Shown: piece after piece, positions 9,271 through 19,066 of the stretch
Layout of the letters: each line of letters starts with the position of its first letter
Position numbering within the stretch: position 1 is the stretch's first letter
Assembly (NCBI RefSeq): GCF_002087085.1
Contig: NZ_MWQY01000007.1
Location: forward strand, 124,001-188,000
Direction of reading: 5' to 3'
Length of the DNA: 64,000 nucleotides
The notes under the pieces: model-generated
What the model was told of the DNA's origin: nothing
Seen by the model: the letters and a program-made list of their open reading frames with translations, nothing else
Databases searched by the model: none
Program-made: the position numbers and the translations under genes

Positions 9271-10437
9271 TCAGCCCCCGTAGGAGGGGCTTCGCACAAG
9301 TCGTCCGATGGTATCCGCCATATCCTGCAGTTTTACGATGTGATCGATATATCCGTGATCGACCGCAACCTTGGGCATCCCGTAGACAATGCATGACTCC
9401 TCATCCTGGGCCAGGGTCACTCCACCCATACGATGAATGGTCCCGATCTCCCGGGCACCGTCCCGTCCCATGCCGGTCATGATAACCGCCAGGGCGCGGT
9501 TGCCGTATTCGGCGGCCACGGATTTGAACAGAACATCCGCGGAAGGCCGGTGTCCGTTGACCGGCTCGTCGTCGCTCAGGTGGACAATGCCGGAAAGTCG
9601 GCGTTTTTCCACCCGGATATGTTTGTTGCCCGGGGTAATCAGCACGCGTCCCGGACTCAGAAGGTCTCCCTCCTCCGCCTCCTTGACCTCGAGGCCGGAG
9701 ATCCTGTCCAGACTGCGGGCGAACTCCTGGGTAAAACCCGCGGGCATGTGCTGTACAACGACAACCGGAACCGGAAGCTCCCGGTCCATGGCGGCGAAAA
9801 CCTTGCGCAGGGCGTTGGGACCGCCGGTGGATATGCCGATGGCCAGAAGGTCGATCCCCGCGGGAAGCTGCCGTTCATGCCGCGGCCGGGGCGCCGGAAA
9901 ATCGTCTATCCGCTTTTCCCGGATCTCCCGCAGCAGAGTCGGCGCAGGTGCGGCAGGCCGGGGCATAACCGACGCGGAAACGGGACTGTCCGGCACCAGG
10001 GGTACGTTCCCGGTCTGCCGGCGATACTGAGATCCGTAGGCCCGCACGGTCTCCACGATCTGATCGCCCACCACGTGGATGTCCTCGGAAATGGATCCCG
10101 AAGGTTTCATGATAAAATCCGAAGCCCCCAGGTTCAGGGCTTCCATGGTAATCTGGGCTCCCCGGCGGGCCAGGGACGAGAGGATTACCACCGGGACCTT
10201 TATTCCCTGCCTGCGGCGCTCCTTGAGAAACTCGATGCCGTTCATCTCGGGCATCTCGATATCCAGCAGAATCAGGTCGGGCTTCAGAAGGGGTATCTTC
10301 TGGAGGGCGAACTTTCCGTTCATCGCCTTGCCCACCACCGTCAGCCCTTCTGCTCCATCGACAATACGGGAAATCAGATTGCGCATCAGCGCAGAGTCGT
10401 CACAAACCAGAACCCCAAGGGGAAGATTCTCCGTCAC
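9271..10437 (-). CDS. cheB: Chemotaxis response regulator protein-glutamate methylesterase
   Basis: Receiver domain (DD, LDIEMP) plus methylesterase motifs ISTGGP, QHMP, TGMGRDG. Confidence 0.96.
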   Translation of the reverse strand: MTENLPLGVLVCDDSALMRNLISRIVDGAEGLTVVGKAMNGKFALQKIPLLKPDLILLDIEMPEMNGIEFLKERRRQGIKVPVVILSSLARRGAQITMEALNLGASDFIMKPSGSISEDIHVVGDQIVETVRAYGSQYRRQTGNVPLVPDSPVSASVMPRPAAPAPTLLREIREKRIDDFPAPRPRHERQLPAGIDLLAIGISTGGPNALRKVFAAMDRELPVPVVVVQHMPAGFTQEFARSLDRISGLEVKEAEEGDLLSPGRVLITPGNKHIRVEKRRLSGIVHLSDDEPVNGHRPSADVLFKSVAAEYGNRALAVIMTGMGRDGAREIGTIHRMGGVTLAQDEESCIVYGMPKVAVDHGYIDHIVKLQDMADTIGRLVRSPSYGG

Positions 10438-10451
10438 CCTTACCTCCCTGA

Positions 10452-11279
10452 TCAGGTGAATTTACGATAAATGCAGGCCCAGTCGGTCTTGAGAAACTCA
10501 AAACCCGTCTTCATGCCGAAAAGGGATTCGGAATGGCCGATGAACAGATAGGAATGGCCGTTCATGGCCTGCCAGAACTTCTGTATGACCGCCTCCTGGG
10601 CGGGCTCGTCGAAATAGATAATCACATTGCGGCAGAAAACAAGATCGAGATTCCGCTGCCCCGAATCGAACTTCAGGTTGTGATAATCAAATTTGATGAG
10701 TCTCTTTATCTCCTCGTTGACGCGAAAACCGTCGCCCTCGGGACTGAAAAAGCGTTTTACATACTTGTCCGGAACCCCGTTCAGCCGCGGTTCGGGGTAC
10801 AGGCCCTCCTTCGCGGTCATCAGGGATTTGAGACTCAGGTCCGAGGCAACGATTTCGACGGTGAACCCTGCCGGGAGCAGGTCCTTGCAGACCATGGCCA
10901 GGGAATAGGGTTCCTCCCCGGTGGAACACCCGGCGCTCCAGATGCGCAGGGTTTTATTCCCGCTGTCCTGCTTGTGGCGGATCAGATCGGGAATTACGTA
11001 GTATTCCAGAGTCTGAAAATGAGCAGTATTTCTGAAAAAACGGGTCAGATTGGTGGTCACCGAGTCAAGCAGCACCTTCATCTCGTCACCATTCTCCCGT
11101 ATCCGTTTCAGATAGAGGGCCGGGGTCTCGACCTTGGTAAGGCGGAGACGTTCCTTGAGCCGGCTCTCCAGAATAGAGCGATTGGAGGCGGAAAAGTGGA
11201 TCCCGCTCTCATTATATATCAGTTCCCGGTACTGATCGAACTCCTGATCGTTTAAAAAGCTTGTTCCCATAGTAATCAC
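10452..11279 (-). CDS. cheR: Chemotaxis protein methyltransferase
   Basis: TTNLTRFFR, WSAGCSTGEEPYS, FCRNVIIYFD, GHSESL. Start is GTG 11279 or ATG 11270. Confidence 0.95.
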   Translation of the reverse strand: MITMGTSFLNDQEFDQYRELIYNESGIHFSASNRSILESRLKERLRLTKVETPALYLKRIRENGDEMKVLLDSVTTNLTRFFRNTAHFQTLEYYVIPDLIRHKQDSGNKTLRIWSAGCSTGEEPYSLAMVCKDLLPAGFTVEIVASDLSLKSLMTAKEGLYPEPRLNGVPDKYVKRFFSPEGDGFRVNEEIKRLIKFDYHNLKFDSGQRNLDLVFCRNVIIYFDEPAQEAVIQKFWQAMNGHSYLFIGHSESLFGMKTGFEFLKTDWACIYRKFT

Positions 11280-11284
11280 TATCA

Positions 11285-11313
11285 AGTGTATGGACTGGCC
11301 GCGGGGGTGTCAA
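11285..11313 (-). promoter_or_regulatory. Sigma70-type promoter of cheRB
   Basis: TTGACA (11313-11308), 17-nt spacer, TACACT (11290-11285). Confidence 0.65.
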
Positions 11314-11370
11314 CGTGGGTAACAAAAAAACAGGAAAATGCTGAGTAAAGTGATATACTCTGGAATTGAA

Positions 11371-11850
11371 ATGAAGCATACCATTACAGTCGCGGAAGTG
11401 CAGGGAATTGCTCTTGACCGGGAATCCCAGTTGCCAATCGTCCTGCTTAAAACCAGCCATCCCGGCCGGATTATTCCCATCCCCGTGGGACCCTCCGAGG
11501 CCAGCGCAATTATTGTGGAGGTTGAGAAGGTTCACCCTCCCCGGCCCCTGACCCACGACCTGATTGCGGAACTTTTTCATCGCCACAATTTTTCCCTGCT
11601 GTACAGCGAAATCCGCGACCGTATCGAGGATACCTACACCGCCTTTATTCATTATCGCCGGCATTTCCGGAAACACAGTATGGAGGTACGTCCCAGCGAC
11701 GCCATAGCCCTCGCCCTGCGCATGGAAGCGCCCATCCATATAAACCCCCTGCTCCTGGCTGAGGCGGAACACTCCCTGGATGTCTTCCGTCATTTACACG
11801 GCGACGACATCCTGCTCCTGGAACCTGACTATAGAGACCACGCCGTTTAA
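11371..11850 (+). CDS. Bifunctional nuclease family protein (DUF151)
   Basis: IPIPVGPSEASAI, PPRPLTHDL, RPSDAIALALR. Confidence 0.88.
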   Translation: MKHTITVAEVQGIALDRESQLPIVLLKTSHPGRIIPIPVGPSEASAIIVEVEKVHPPRPLTHDLIAELFHRHNFSLLYSEIRDRIEDTYTAFIHYRRHFRKHSMEVRPSDAIALALRMEAPIHINPLLLAEAEHSLDVFRHLHGDDILLLEPDYRDHAV

Positions 11851-11852
11851 GG

Positions 11853-11882
11853 TTGACCACGCCCCCCCGATTCCGGGATAAT
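11853..11882 (+). promoter_or_regulatory. Putative sigma70 promoter of pyrG
   Basis: TTGACC (11853-11858), 18-nt spacer, GATAAT (11877-11882), ending 8 nt before the ATG. Confidence 0.5.
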
Positions 11883-11890
11883 CGGAGTAC

Positions 11891-13501
11891 ATGAAGAAAT
11901 ACATATTCGTTACCGGCGGGGTCTGTTCAAGCCTCGGAAAGGGTATCGCCGCGTCTTCTCTGGGAAGCCTTCTGGAGTGTCGCGGTCTGCGCATTCGAAT
12001 GATCAAGATAGATCCCTACATCAACGTCGATGCAGGGACCATGAGCCCCTATCAGCACGGCGAGGTCTACGTTACAGATGACGGCGCTGAAACAGACCTG
12101 GACCTGGGAAACTACGCCCGGTTCACCAACTCCCCCTTGAGCAGGGAACACTCCATAACTACCGGCCAGGTCTATCAGTCGGTAATTACCAAGGAGCGGG
12201 AGGGCCGCTACCTTGGCCGCACCGTCCAGGTCATTCCCCACATAACCGACGAAATCAAGCAGCGTATTTTCCGCATCGGGGAGGCCCAGGATGCGGACGT
12301 AACCCTCATCGAGGTGGGCGGAACCGTCGGCGACATCGAGAGCATCCCCTTTCTGGAGGCCGCCCGGCAGTTCAGCCACGACGTGGGCAAAAAGAACGTG
12401 GTTTTTATCCACCTCACCCTGGTACCCGAGGTAACCGGAGGGGAAATGAAGACCAAACCCACCCAGCATTCGGTCAAGCAGCTCCTTGAAATCGGAATCG
12501 TGCCGGACATCCTGCTCTGCCGCTCCACCAAGCCTCTTGAAGAGAGCATGCGCTCCAAGATCGCCCTCTTTACCAACGTGGACGACGAAGCGGTTATCTC
12601 CGCCCACGACGCGGGTTCCACCATCTACGAGGTTCCCCTGAACTACCACGCCGAAGGCCTGGACGACATCGCCGTGGCGAAGCTGGGAATCGAGACCCGG
12701 CCCATTGATCTTTCGGAATGGGAAAAGGTGGTGAACACGATTATCGGGGCCCGGCATACTGAGCGGATCGCCCTGGTGGGCAAGTATATCGACCTTCACG
12801 ACACCTATAAATCGGTCCACGAGGCCCTCTACCACGGTGGAATCGCCAACACGGTCAAGGTGGATATCATCAAGATCGATGCGGAAGAGCTGGAAAAGAC
12901 CGAGGACCTGGACTCCCTGATGGAAGGCATCCACGGCATCCTCATCCCCGGCGGATTCGGTCAGCGGGGAATAACCGGCATGGTAAAGGCCGCCCGGTAC
13001 GCCCGGCAGAACGCCCTGCCCTGCTTCGGAATATGCCTGGGACTGCAGGTAATGGTCATCGAGTACTCACGGAACGTTCTGGAGATAGAGGACGCCGATT
13101 CATCGGAGTTTTCCCCGGACGGCAAGAACTCCGTGGTCAGCCTCCTGGAGGAACAGGTGGACGTGACCCACTACGGCGGAACCATGCGCCTGGGACGCAG
13201 CGAAACCAGGCTGAAGGCCGGAACCATGATCCGCGACATTTACGGGGAGGAGACCATCTTCGAACGCCACCGGCACCGTTACGAGGTATCGAACCGTTTC
13301 CGTCCCCTCCTCGAGGAAAAGGGATTAATCATAAGCGGGGTAACCCCGGACGAAGCCCTGGTGGAATCCATCCAGTGGCCGGACCATCCCTGGGGAATCG
13401 GGGTTCAGTACCACCCGGAATTCCAGTCAAAACCGATCAAAGCTCACCCCCTCTTTACCAGTTTTATTGCCGCCGCCGACGAGGTCCGGGGCAGAGGATG
13501 A
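11891..13501 (+). CDS. pyrG: CTP synthase
   Basis: GGVCSSLGKG, DPYINVDAGTMSP, KTKPTQHSV, GICLG, ERHRHRYE, QYHPE. Confidence 0.98.
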   Translation: MKKYIFVTGGVCSSLGKGIAASSLGSLLECRGLRIRMIKIDPYINVDAGTMSPYQHGEVYVTDDGAETDLDLGNYARFTNSPLSREHSITTGQVYQSVITKEREGRYLGRTVQVIPHITDEIKQRIFRIGEAQDADVTLIEVGGTVGDIESIPFLEAARQFSHDVGKKNVVFIHLTLVPEVTGGEMKTKPTQHSVKQLLEIGIVPDILLCRSTKPLEESMRSKIALFTNVDDEAVISAHDAGSTIYEVPLNYHAEGLDDIAVAKLGIETRPIDLSEWEKVVNTIIGARHTERIALVGKYIDLHDTYKSVHEALYHGGIANTVKVDIIKIDAEELEKTEDLDSLMEGIHGILIPGGFGQRGITGMVKAARYARQNALPCFGICLGLQVMVIEYSRNVLEIEDADSSEFSPDGKNSVVSLLEEQVDVTHYGGTMRLGRSETRLKAGTMIRDIYGEETIFERHRHRYEVSNRFRPLLEEKGLIISGVTPDEALVESIQWPDHPWGIGVQYHPEFQSKPIKAHPLFTSFIAAADEVRGRG

Positions 13502-14073
13502 CCCTGCGCCGCCTCCTCCATATCGCCGCCGCCGCCGCGGCCCTTGGAACAGGGTGCAGCCTGGAGTATCAGGAACTGGCGGAGAGCCTGGACGACGAGA
13601 CCCCTGCCCTGCGAATGAGCAGCGTCACAGTGGTCACCGTGGAGGAGGGACAGGAAAAGTTCCGCGTGCAGGCAGATTCCCTGGAGGATTACGAGAACAC
13701 CTTCCGTCGGATCCTTCGGGGGGCCGAATTCATCGAGTATGACCGGGAAGGCGAAGTCAGTACCCGGGGCAGGGCCGATCTGGTTGAGTTCGACACCCGC
13801 ACCGATAATGCCCTTCTCGAGGGCAATATCAGTTTTACCTCAGAGAAGGACAGCGCCACAGTGTCGGCTGATTACCTGGAGTGGATCGACGGGGAACGGC
13901 GCCTCGCCGGGCGCCCCGAGGGCGAGGTATACCTGGAACGAAAGAACGGCACCGGCATCAGGGGCTTCGGCTTCAGCGCGGACTTCCCGTCCCGGATTTT
14001 CCGCTTCAGCCGCGGAGTCTCCGGCCGCTACGTCTTTGATTCCGATGACGGCGGAGAGGGCAGCGAACCGTGA
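13498..14073 (+). CDS. lptC: LptC-like LPS/glycolipid export periplasmic protein (lipoprotein)
   Basis: Start ATG 13498 overlaps the pyrG stop. Lipobox-like LGTGC, beta-jellyroll-like composition, upstream of lptA/lptB. Confidence 0.75.
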   Translation: MTLRRLLHIAAAAAALGTGCSLEYQELAESLDDETPALRMSSVTVVTVEEGQEKFRVQADSLEDYENTFRRILRGAEFIEYDREGEVSTRGRADLVEFDTRTDNALLEGNISFTSEKDSATVSADYLEWIDGERRLAGRPEGEVYLERKNGTGIRGFGFSADFPSRIFRFSRGVSGRYVFDSDDGGEGSEP

Positions 14074-14747
14074 GATCCCCCTGCCATGTCAGCTGTCTTG
14101 TTCTCCTGCTGATCACCTCATTGCCCCTGGCGGCTGAAGAGAGTCTCTACTTTTCTGCGGATTCCACCGTCGCCCGCTTCGCCGAAGGCAGGGAACAGAC
14201 GGAACTTTCCGGCAACGCCCTGGTGGAAACAGAAGACCTGCTGATACAGGCAGACCGGATCGAGCTGTTCGGAGAGAATTTCCGCTACCTTCGCTGCAGC
14301 GGCGATATAAAGCTGGAGAACAGAAAGCAGGATTTCCTGATCCGCTCCTCCGTTATTTTTGTAGACCGGGAGCGGGAGATCTCCCGCATAGAAGGCTACG
14401 CGGAAATGGAGGACGGGGCCAACGGTCTTCTGATCCGGGGCGGGTTCTTTGAGGACCGGGGAGACGACGAGGGAGTAACCCTCATCCAGATGGGCGTCAG
14501 AATCATCAAGATTTCCGACGGCGAGGTGATGATCTGCAGGTCCGAGTTCGCCCGCTATTTCCGGGAAGAGAAGGTCCTGGAGCTGTCGGGTCTACCCCGG
14601 GTTGACTGGAAGGGAGATGTCTACCAGGCCTCCCGTATCCTGGTCGACCTGGAGACGGACGAAATCAGGCTTGAAGGACAGGTTACCGGTACCGTGGAAA
14701 CACAGGTCAAAGAAGAAGAGAATCTCCCGGCGGAGGCGGCGCCATGA
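14070..14747 (+). CDS. lptA: LptA/OstA family protein
   Basis: Signal peptide, FSADS, LSGNA, IQADRIEL, LSGLP; lies between lptC and lptB. Confidence 0.75.
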   Translation: MRSPCHVSCLVLLLITSLPLAAEESLYFSADSTVARFAEGREQTELSGNALVETEDLLIQADRIELFGENFRYLRCSGDIKLENRKQDFLIRSSVIFVDREREISRIEGYAEMEDGANGLLIRGGFFEDRGDDEGVTLIQMGVRIIKISDGEVMICRSEFARYFREEKVLELSGLPRVDWKGDVYQASRILVDLETDEIRLEGQVTGTVETQVKEEENLPAEAAP

Positions 14748-15469
14748 GCAAACTGATTGTGGAGGGGCTCGCGAAATCCTTCGGCAGGAAGCTTGCCGTA
14801 AAGGACGTCAGCTTCGCCATGCAGAACGGAGAGATTGTCGGTCTCCTTGGTCCCAACGGCGCGGGAAAAACCACCGTCTTTTACATGATCGTGGGATTCA
14901 TAAAATCCGGGGGAGGAACGATTCTTCTGGATGAAGAAGAGATCACCCATCTTCCCATGTTCAAGCGGGCCCGGCTGGGCATATCCTATCTGCCCCAGGA
15001 GCCCTCGGTATTCAGGAAAATGAGCGCGGAAGACAACATCCGGGCCATTCTGGAAACCCGCCGGGACCTGGATAACCAGGCCCGATCGGCGAGGCTGGAG
15101 GAACTCCTGGAAGAACTGGGGATAGCCCACGTACGCCGGCAGAAGGGCTACACCCTCTCCGGGGGGGAACGACGACGCACGGAGATCGCCAGATCCCTGG
15201 CGGCGGAGCCCCGCTTTCTTCTGCTGGATGAACCCTTTGCAGGAATCGATCCCATAGCGGTGCATGAAATCAAGCGGATAATCCGCTCCCTGGCATCCAA
15301 GGGAATCGGTATTCTGATTACCGACCACAATGTGCGGGATACCCTGGAGATTACCGACCGCTCCTATATCATCAACATGGGAGAGATCCTGGTAAGCGGC
15401 GGCAGAACGGAAATTCTTGAAAGCGAAACCGCCAGGGAGATCTATCTGGGAGCGGAATTCCGGATGTAA
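14744..15469 (+). CDS. lptB: LPS export ABC transporter ATP-binding protein
   Basis: GPNGAGKTT, YLPQEPSVFR, LSGGERRR, LLDEPFAGIDP, TDHNVRDTL. Confidence 0.95.
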   Translation: MSKLIVEGLAKSFGRKLAVKDVSFAMQNGEIVGLLGPNGAGKTTVFYMIVGFIKSGGGTILLDEEEITHLPMFKRARLGISYLPQEPSVFRKMSAEDNIRAILETRRDLDNQARSARLEELLEELGIAHVRRQKGYTLSGGERRRTEIARSLAAEPRFLLLDEPFAGIDPIAVHEIKRIIRSLASKGIGILITDHNVRDTLEITDRSYIINMGEILVSGGRTEILESETAREIYLGAEFRM

Positions 15470-15495
15470 GCCGGCGGGATAACAAAAAGCTTCAA

Positions 15496-15524
15496 TTGAC
15501 AAATCACAAATGCAACTCTAGAAT
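15496..15524 (+). promoter_or_regulatory. Sigma70 promoter of rpoN
   Basis: TTGACA (15496-15501), 17-nt spacer, TAGAAT (15519-15524). Confidence 0.75.
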
Positions 15525-15549
15525 TCAGAGAACTCCCCCGGAGGGTATA

Positions 15550-16920
15550 GTGCAGTATCAGAGACCAGTACTTGTTCAGCAGCAGAAACTCAAGATGAGT
15601 CCCCAGCTTTACCAGTCCATCCAGATGATGGCCCTGCCCATCCAGGAACTGCGTCAGAAGATCCGGGAGGAACTGGAACGGAATCCCGCCCTGGAGATTG
15701 TCTCGGAAAAGCAGGCCCTTTCCATCGACGAGAACAGGCCGAACACCGAGGACTTCGATGCCTTCGAGAACTCCTCGGATCCCGGATACAACCAGAGCCG
15801 AGACCGGGAAGCGGGGGACCGGAAGCAGAAATTCCTGGAGGGAGCCCTGTCCCGGAGCGAATCCCTCCATGACCACCTGCTATGGCAGTGGCAGCTGCAG
15901 CCCGTCGACCGGGATCTCTACGAAACCGGGGAGCTGTTGATTCAGAACCTGGACCATAACGGATTCCATATCGAGGAACCCTCCACGTTTCTTTCTCCCC
16001 GCCAGATGGAACGCTTCCAGGAGGCGGCGGAACGTATCCGGCAGCTTGAACCGGCCGGCACCTGTACAGCCAACTTCAAAGAGAGCCTCATCGTGCAGGC
16101 CAGGCTCTCTCCGGCCGCCCCGGACAGAATCGAGGAGGTCATCGAAAAGCACATGGAACTCCTGGAACGAGGGCGTTATCAGGATGTGGCCCGGAAAATG
16201 CATATAGACCTTGAGGATGTGGACGAGATTCTCGAGTTTTTACGGACCCTGAACCCCTTTCCCGGACGCCTGTACTCCTCCGATGAAGTCTGCTTTGTCG
16301 TTCCCGACGTGATGGTGGTGATGCTCGACGGTGAATACCAGCCGATCCTGAATGATGAAGAGGTTCCGGTCCTGGGCATCAACGATTTTTACACCCAGCT
16401 CCTCAGGGAGAACAAAGCCCGGGACCAGAAAGAGGTCCGCAGCTTTGTCCGGGACCATGTAAAGGACGCTCAGTGGTTTATCCGTTCCGTTACACAGCGC
16501 AACCAGACCCTTCTGCGCATATCCAAGGCGGTTGTCGAATTTCAGCGGGACTTTTTTCGCCGGGGGCCAAAATACCTGAAGCCCCTTACACTGAAGGATA
16601 TTGCCCAGGCGGTGGATGTTCACGAAACAACTGTTTCCCGTATCGCAAATTCTAAGTATATTCAGACTGAATGGGGTATATTCGAACTGAAGTACTTCTT
16701 TACAAATTCCATATCCGGCGCCGGTTCAACGGGGTCGCAATTTTCGAAAGAGGGGGTAAAACACCGAATACGTGAGATTATCGAAGAGCACAGCAGCAGC
16801 AAACGGCTCTCGGACCAGAAAATCGCTGATATCCTCGCAGAGCGGGGAATCAAGATCGCCAGGAGGACGGTTGCCAAGTATCGTCAGGAGCTTGATATCC
16901 TCTCTTCCTACGATCGATAA
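15550..16920 (+). CDS. rpoN: RNA polymerase sigma-54 factor
   Basis: Q-rich region I, NPALE, HETTVSR HTH and RpoN box ARRTVAKYR. Start GTG 15550 follows GGAGGG. Confidence 0.96.
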   Translation: MQYQRPVLVQQQKLKMSPQLYQSIQMMALPIQELRQKIREELERNPALEIVSEKQALSIDENRPNTEDFDAFENSSDPGYNQSRDREAGDRKQKFLEGALSRSESLHDHLLWQWQLQPVDRDLYETGELLIQNLDHNGFHIEEPSTFLSPRQMERFQEAAERIRQLEPAGTCTANFKESLIVQARLSPAAPDRIEEVIEKHMELLERGRYQDVARKMHIDLEDVDEILEFLRTLNPFPGRLYSSDEVCFVVPDVMVVMLDGEYQPILNDEEVPVLGINDFYTQLLRENKARDQKEVRSFVRDHVKDAQWFIRSVTQRNQTLLRISKAVVEFQRDFFRRGPKYLKPLTLKDIAQAVDVHETTVSRIANSKYIQTEWGIFELKYFFTNSISGAGSTGSQFSKEGVKHRIREIIEEHSSSKRLSDQKIADILAERGIKIARRTVAKYRQELDILSSYDR

Positions 16921-16941
16921 AACACTTTTGAGGGGGACTTC

Positions 16942-17235
16942 ATGCACTTTGAACTTAAAGGCGTCCACTATCATGTAAGCGAAAACACCACTGATTACAT
17001 TGAGAAGAAGATGCTTCGCCTGGAATCGGTAAAGGAGAATCTGGAAACGCTCCATATTACCATCACCAAAGAGAAGAACCTGTTCAAAGTAGAGGTGAAT
17101 TTTCACTTCAGCTGGGGAGCACCCTCCCATATCCGGGTGGACGGTCATGAACTCTGGCCTGCCATTGATGTGCTGTTCGATAAGCTTATTGTCAAGATAA
17201 AAAAAGAGAAGGAGAAGATTAACTCGCACCACTAG
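16942..17235 (+). CDS. hpf: Ribosome hibernation factor (RaiA/HPF, short)
   Basis: 97 aa directly after rpoN; YIEKK...LWPAIDVLFDKL...KEK. Confidence 0.85.
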   Translation: MHFELKGVHYHVSENTTDYIEKKMLRLESVKENLETLHITITKEKNLFKVEVNFHFSWGAPSHIRVDGHELWPAIDVLFDKLIVKIKKEKEKINSHH

Positions 17236-17259
17236 GTACGGGATTCCATAATCACGCCA

Positions 17260-18243
17260 ATGGACAAGTTTACTGTACTGGATCTGCTTGATCTGGAATT
17301 AAAGGAACAGAACGATCTCCGCCTCAGCTGCATCGGCGGACGGCCCGGCCTTGAACGGGAAATTGTCGTCCCGGACATCAACAGGCCGGGTCTCGCCCTG
17401 AGCGGTTTTTTCGACAATTTCGGAGGACAGCGGGTCCAGCTTCTTGGCCGGGGAGAGTACGCCTACCTGCAGAAACTGGAAGGCGAAAACAACTACGATA
17501 CAATCCGGGAGTTCTTCACCTATTCGATTCCCTGCTGTATCTTCTCCCATTCCCTCCAGCCCCATCCGCGTTTCATGGAGCTCGCCGAAGAAGCGGAATG
17601 TCCCGTCCTGCAGACCGACCTCAACTCCTCAGAATTCGCCACCAGGCTTAACCGGGCCCTGGGGAATATCTTTGCCCCCACCAGAATCATTCACGGAGTT
17701 CTGGTGGAGGTTTTCGGAATCGGCGTGCTGATTACCGGCAACTCCGGTGTGGGCAAGAGCGAAACCGCCCTGGAACTGATCGAGCGGGGTCACCGGCTGA
17801 TAACCGATGATTCAGTGGAGATGAAGTGTGTGAGCGGCAGCATTATCATCGGCTCCGCCGCCAACGCCGTAACAGGGCATCACATGGAAATACGGGGTCT
17901 GGGGATAATTAATATTTCCCACCTCTTCGGGGTCGGGGCCATCAGGGATCAGAAGCAGGTGCAGCTCATCGTCGATCTTGAGGAGTGGGACTCAAGCAAG
18001 GTGTATGACCGCCTGGGAACCGGGGACAACATTACCGAAATCCTGGGTGTCGGTATTCCGACGGTCACCCTCCCGGTTAAACCGGGACGCAACGTACCGA
18101 TTATCATAGAAACCGCCGCCATGAATGAGCGGTTGAAAAAAATGGGCTACTATTCCGCCAGGGAGTTCAACCAGAACATCCTCAAGTGGCTGGAAAGTGA
18201 GAACGCCCGGGCCCTCTATTTTCAGAAAAAAGATATCTTTTAG
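17260..18243 (+). CDS. hprK: HPr kinase/phosphorylase
   Basis: NRPGLALSG, HGVLVEV, GNSGVGKSETALELIERGH, EIRGLGI, PGRN. Confidence 0.96.
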   Translation: MDKFTVLDLLDLELKEQNDLRLSCIGGRPGLEREIVVPDINRPGLALSGFFDNFGGQRVQLLGRGEYAYLQKLEGENNYDTIREFFTYSIPCCIFSHSLQPHPRFMELAEEAECPVLQTDLNSSEFATRLNRALGNIFAPTRIIHGVLVEVFGIGVLITGNSGVGKSETALELIERGHRLITDDSVEMKCVSGSIIIGSAANAVTGHHMEIRGLGIINISHLFGVGAIRDQKQVQLIVDLEEWDSSKVYDRLGTGDNITEILGVGIPTVTLPVKPGRNVPIIIETAAMNERLKKMGYYSAREFNQNILKWLESENARALYFQKKDIF

Positions 18244-18252
18244 GAAGTAGGC

Positions 18253-18519
18253 ATGGTTTCCAAAGAGGTTGTAATCAAGAACCGGGCGGGGATTCACGCC
18301 CGTCCGGCGGCGATGATTGTAAAGACGGCTAATGAATTTGACTCTCAGGTTTATCTGGAAAAGGACAGTACCCGGATAAACAGTAAATCCATAATGGGCA
18401 TAATAACCCTGGGGGCCTCCTTCAACACAAAGCTGCGGGTCGTTGCCGAAGGTGATGATGAAGAGGCAGCGGTGGAAGCCATTGTCCATCTGTTCGAAAG
18501 TCGTTTTGAAGAAGAGTAA
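18253..18519 (+). CDS. ptsH: Phosphocarrier protein HPr
   Basis: GIHARPA (His15) and NSKSIMG (Ser46). Confidence 0.95.
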   Translation: MVSKEVVIKNRAGIHARPAAMIVKTANEFDSQVYLEKDSTRINSKSIMGIITLGASFNTKLRVVAEGDDEEAAVEAIVHLFESRFEEE

Positions 18520-19066
18520 GCGATCGGTTCTGGTTCTCCTTGCATTGACTGCTGGAATCTTCCTTTATTCCCAGGAGGTCAGCGTCGATTCGGTACGCAG
18601 ACACGGGGAGATCTTTCTTCTGGACTGCCGGATTCTTCTCGAGGATACCCGGCGGCTGCTCTCATCCCTGAATGAGGGAAACACCGTCATGATAGGCATC
18701 CGCCTGCGGGAGGGCTCATCGGAAAGCTCCATGTTCAATCCCCGGGCCGGGTACTATGAATATCAGCGCAGGGTAAGCTGGGACTCCGTGGAACGACTCT
18801 ACGTGATCGAGGACCCCGAGGGTGAACGCCGCTTTTTTTCCCACAAGGATGCCCTGCTTGATGCGGTGCTGTCCTTCCGGGAACTGCCGATACAGGTGCC
18901 CTCCGGCAAACACAGCTTCCGCCTGAGGGGAGAAATACAGTGGAAGATGCTGCTTCCTCCCCTGAATATTCTCAGTCCCTTCCTGACAAAGCTGCGTTCC
19001 GCGGGGGAATGGAAGATGATAGACCTGTACAGACAAAAAAGTTCGGCGGGGATAAACGCAGAATGA
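18506..19066 (+). CDS. Exported protein, DUF4390-like, upstream of the NtrY-like kinase
   Basis: Signal peptide from TTG 18506; C-terminal LLPPL..L.PF; position before an ntrYX-like pair. Confidence 0.55.
   Translation: MKKSKRSVLVLLALTAGIFLYSQEVSVDSVRRHGEIFLLDCRILLEDTRRLLSSLNEGNTVMIGIRLREGSSESSMFNPRAGYYEYQRRVSWDSVERLYVIEDPEGERRFFSHKDALLDAVLSFRELPIQVPSGKHSFRLRGEIQWKMLLPPLNILSPFLTKLRSAGEWKMIDLYRQKSSAGINAE

Noticed and set aside
9271..11279. cheR-cheB without cheA/cheW/MCP as an unusual orphan pair
   Set aside because: Stand-alone cheR-cheB pairs are ordinary in spirochaetes.
13033..13497. 155-aa N-terminal extension of the lptC ORF
   Set aside because: It overlaps pyrG in another frame; the signal peptide begins at ATG 13498.
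13524..13540. (GCC)n trinucleotide run
   Set aside because: Encodes the poly-Ala of the LptC signal peptide; in-frame and short.
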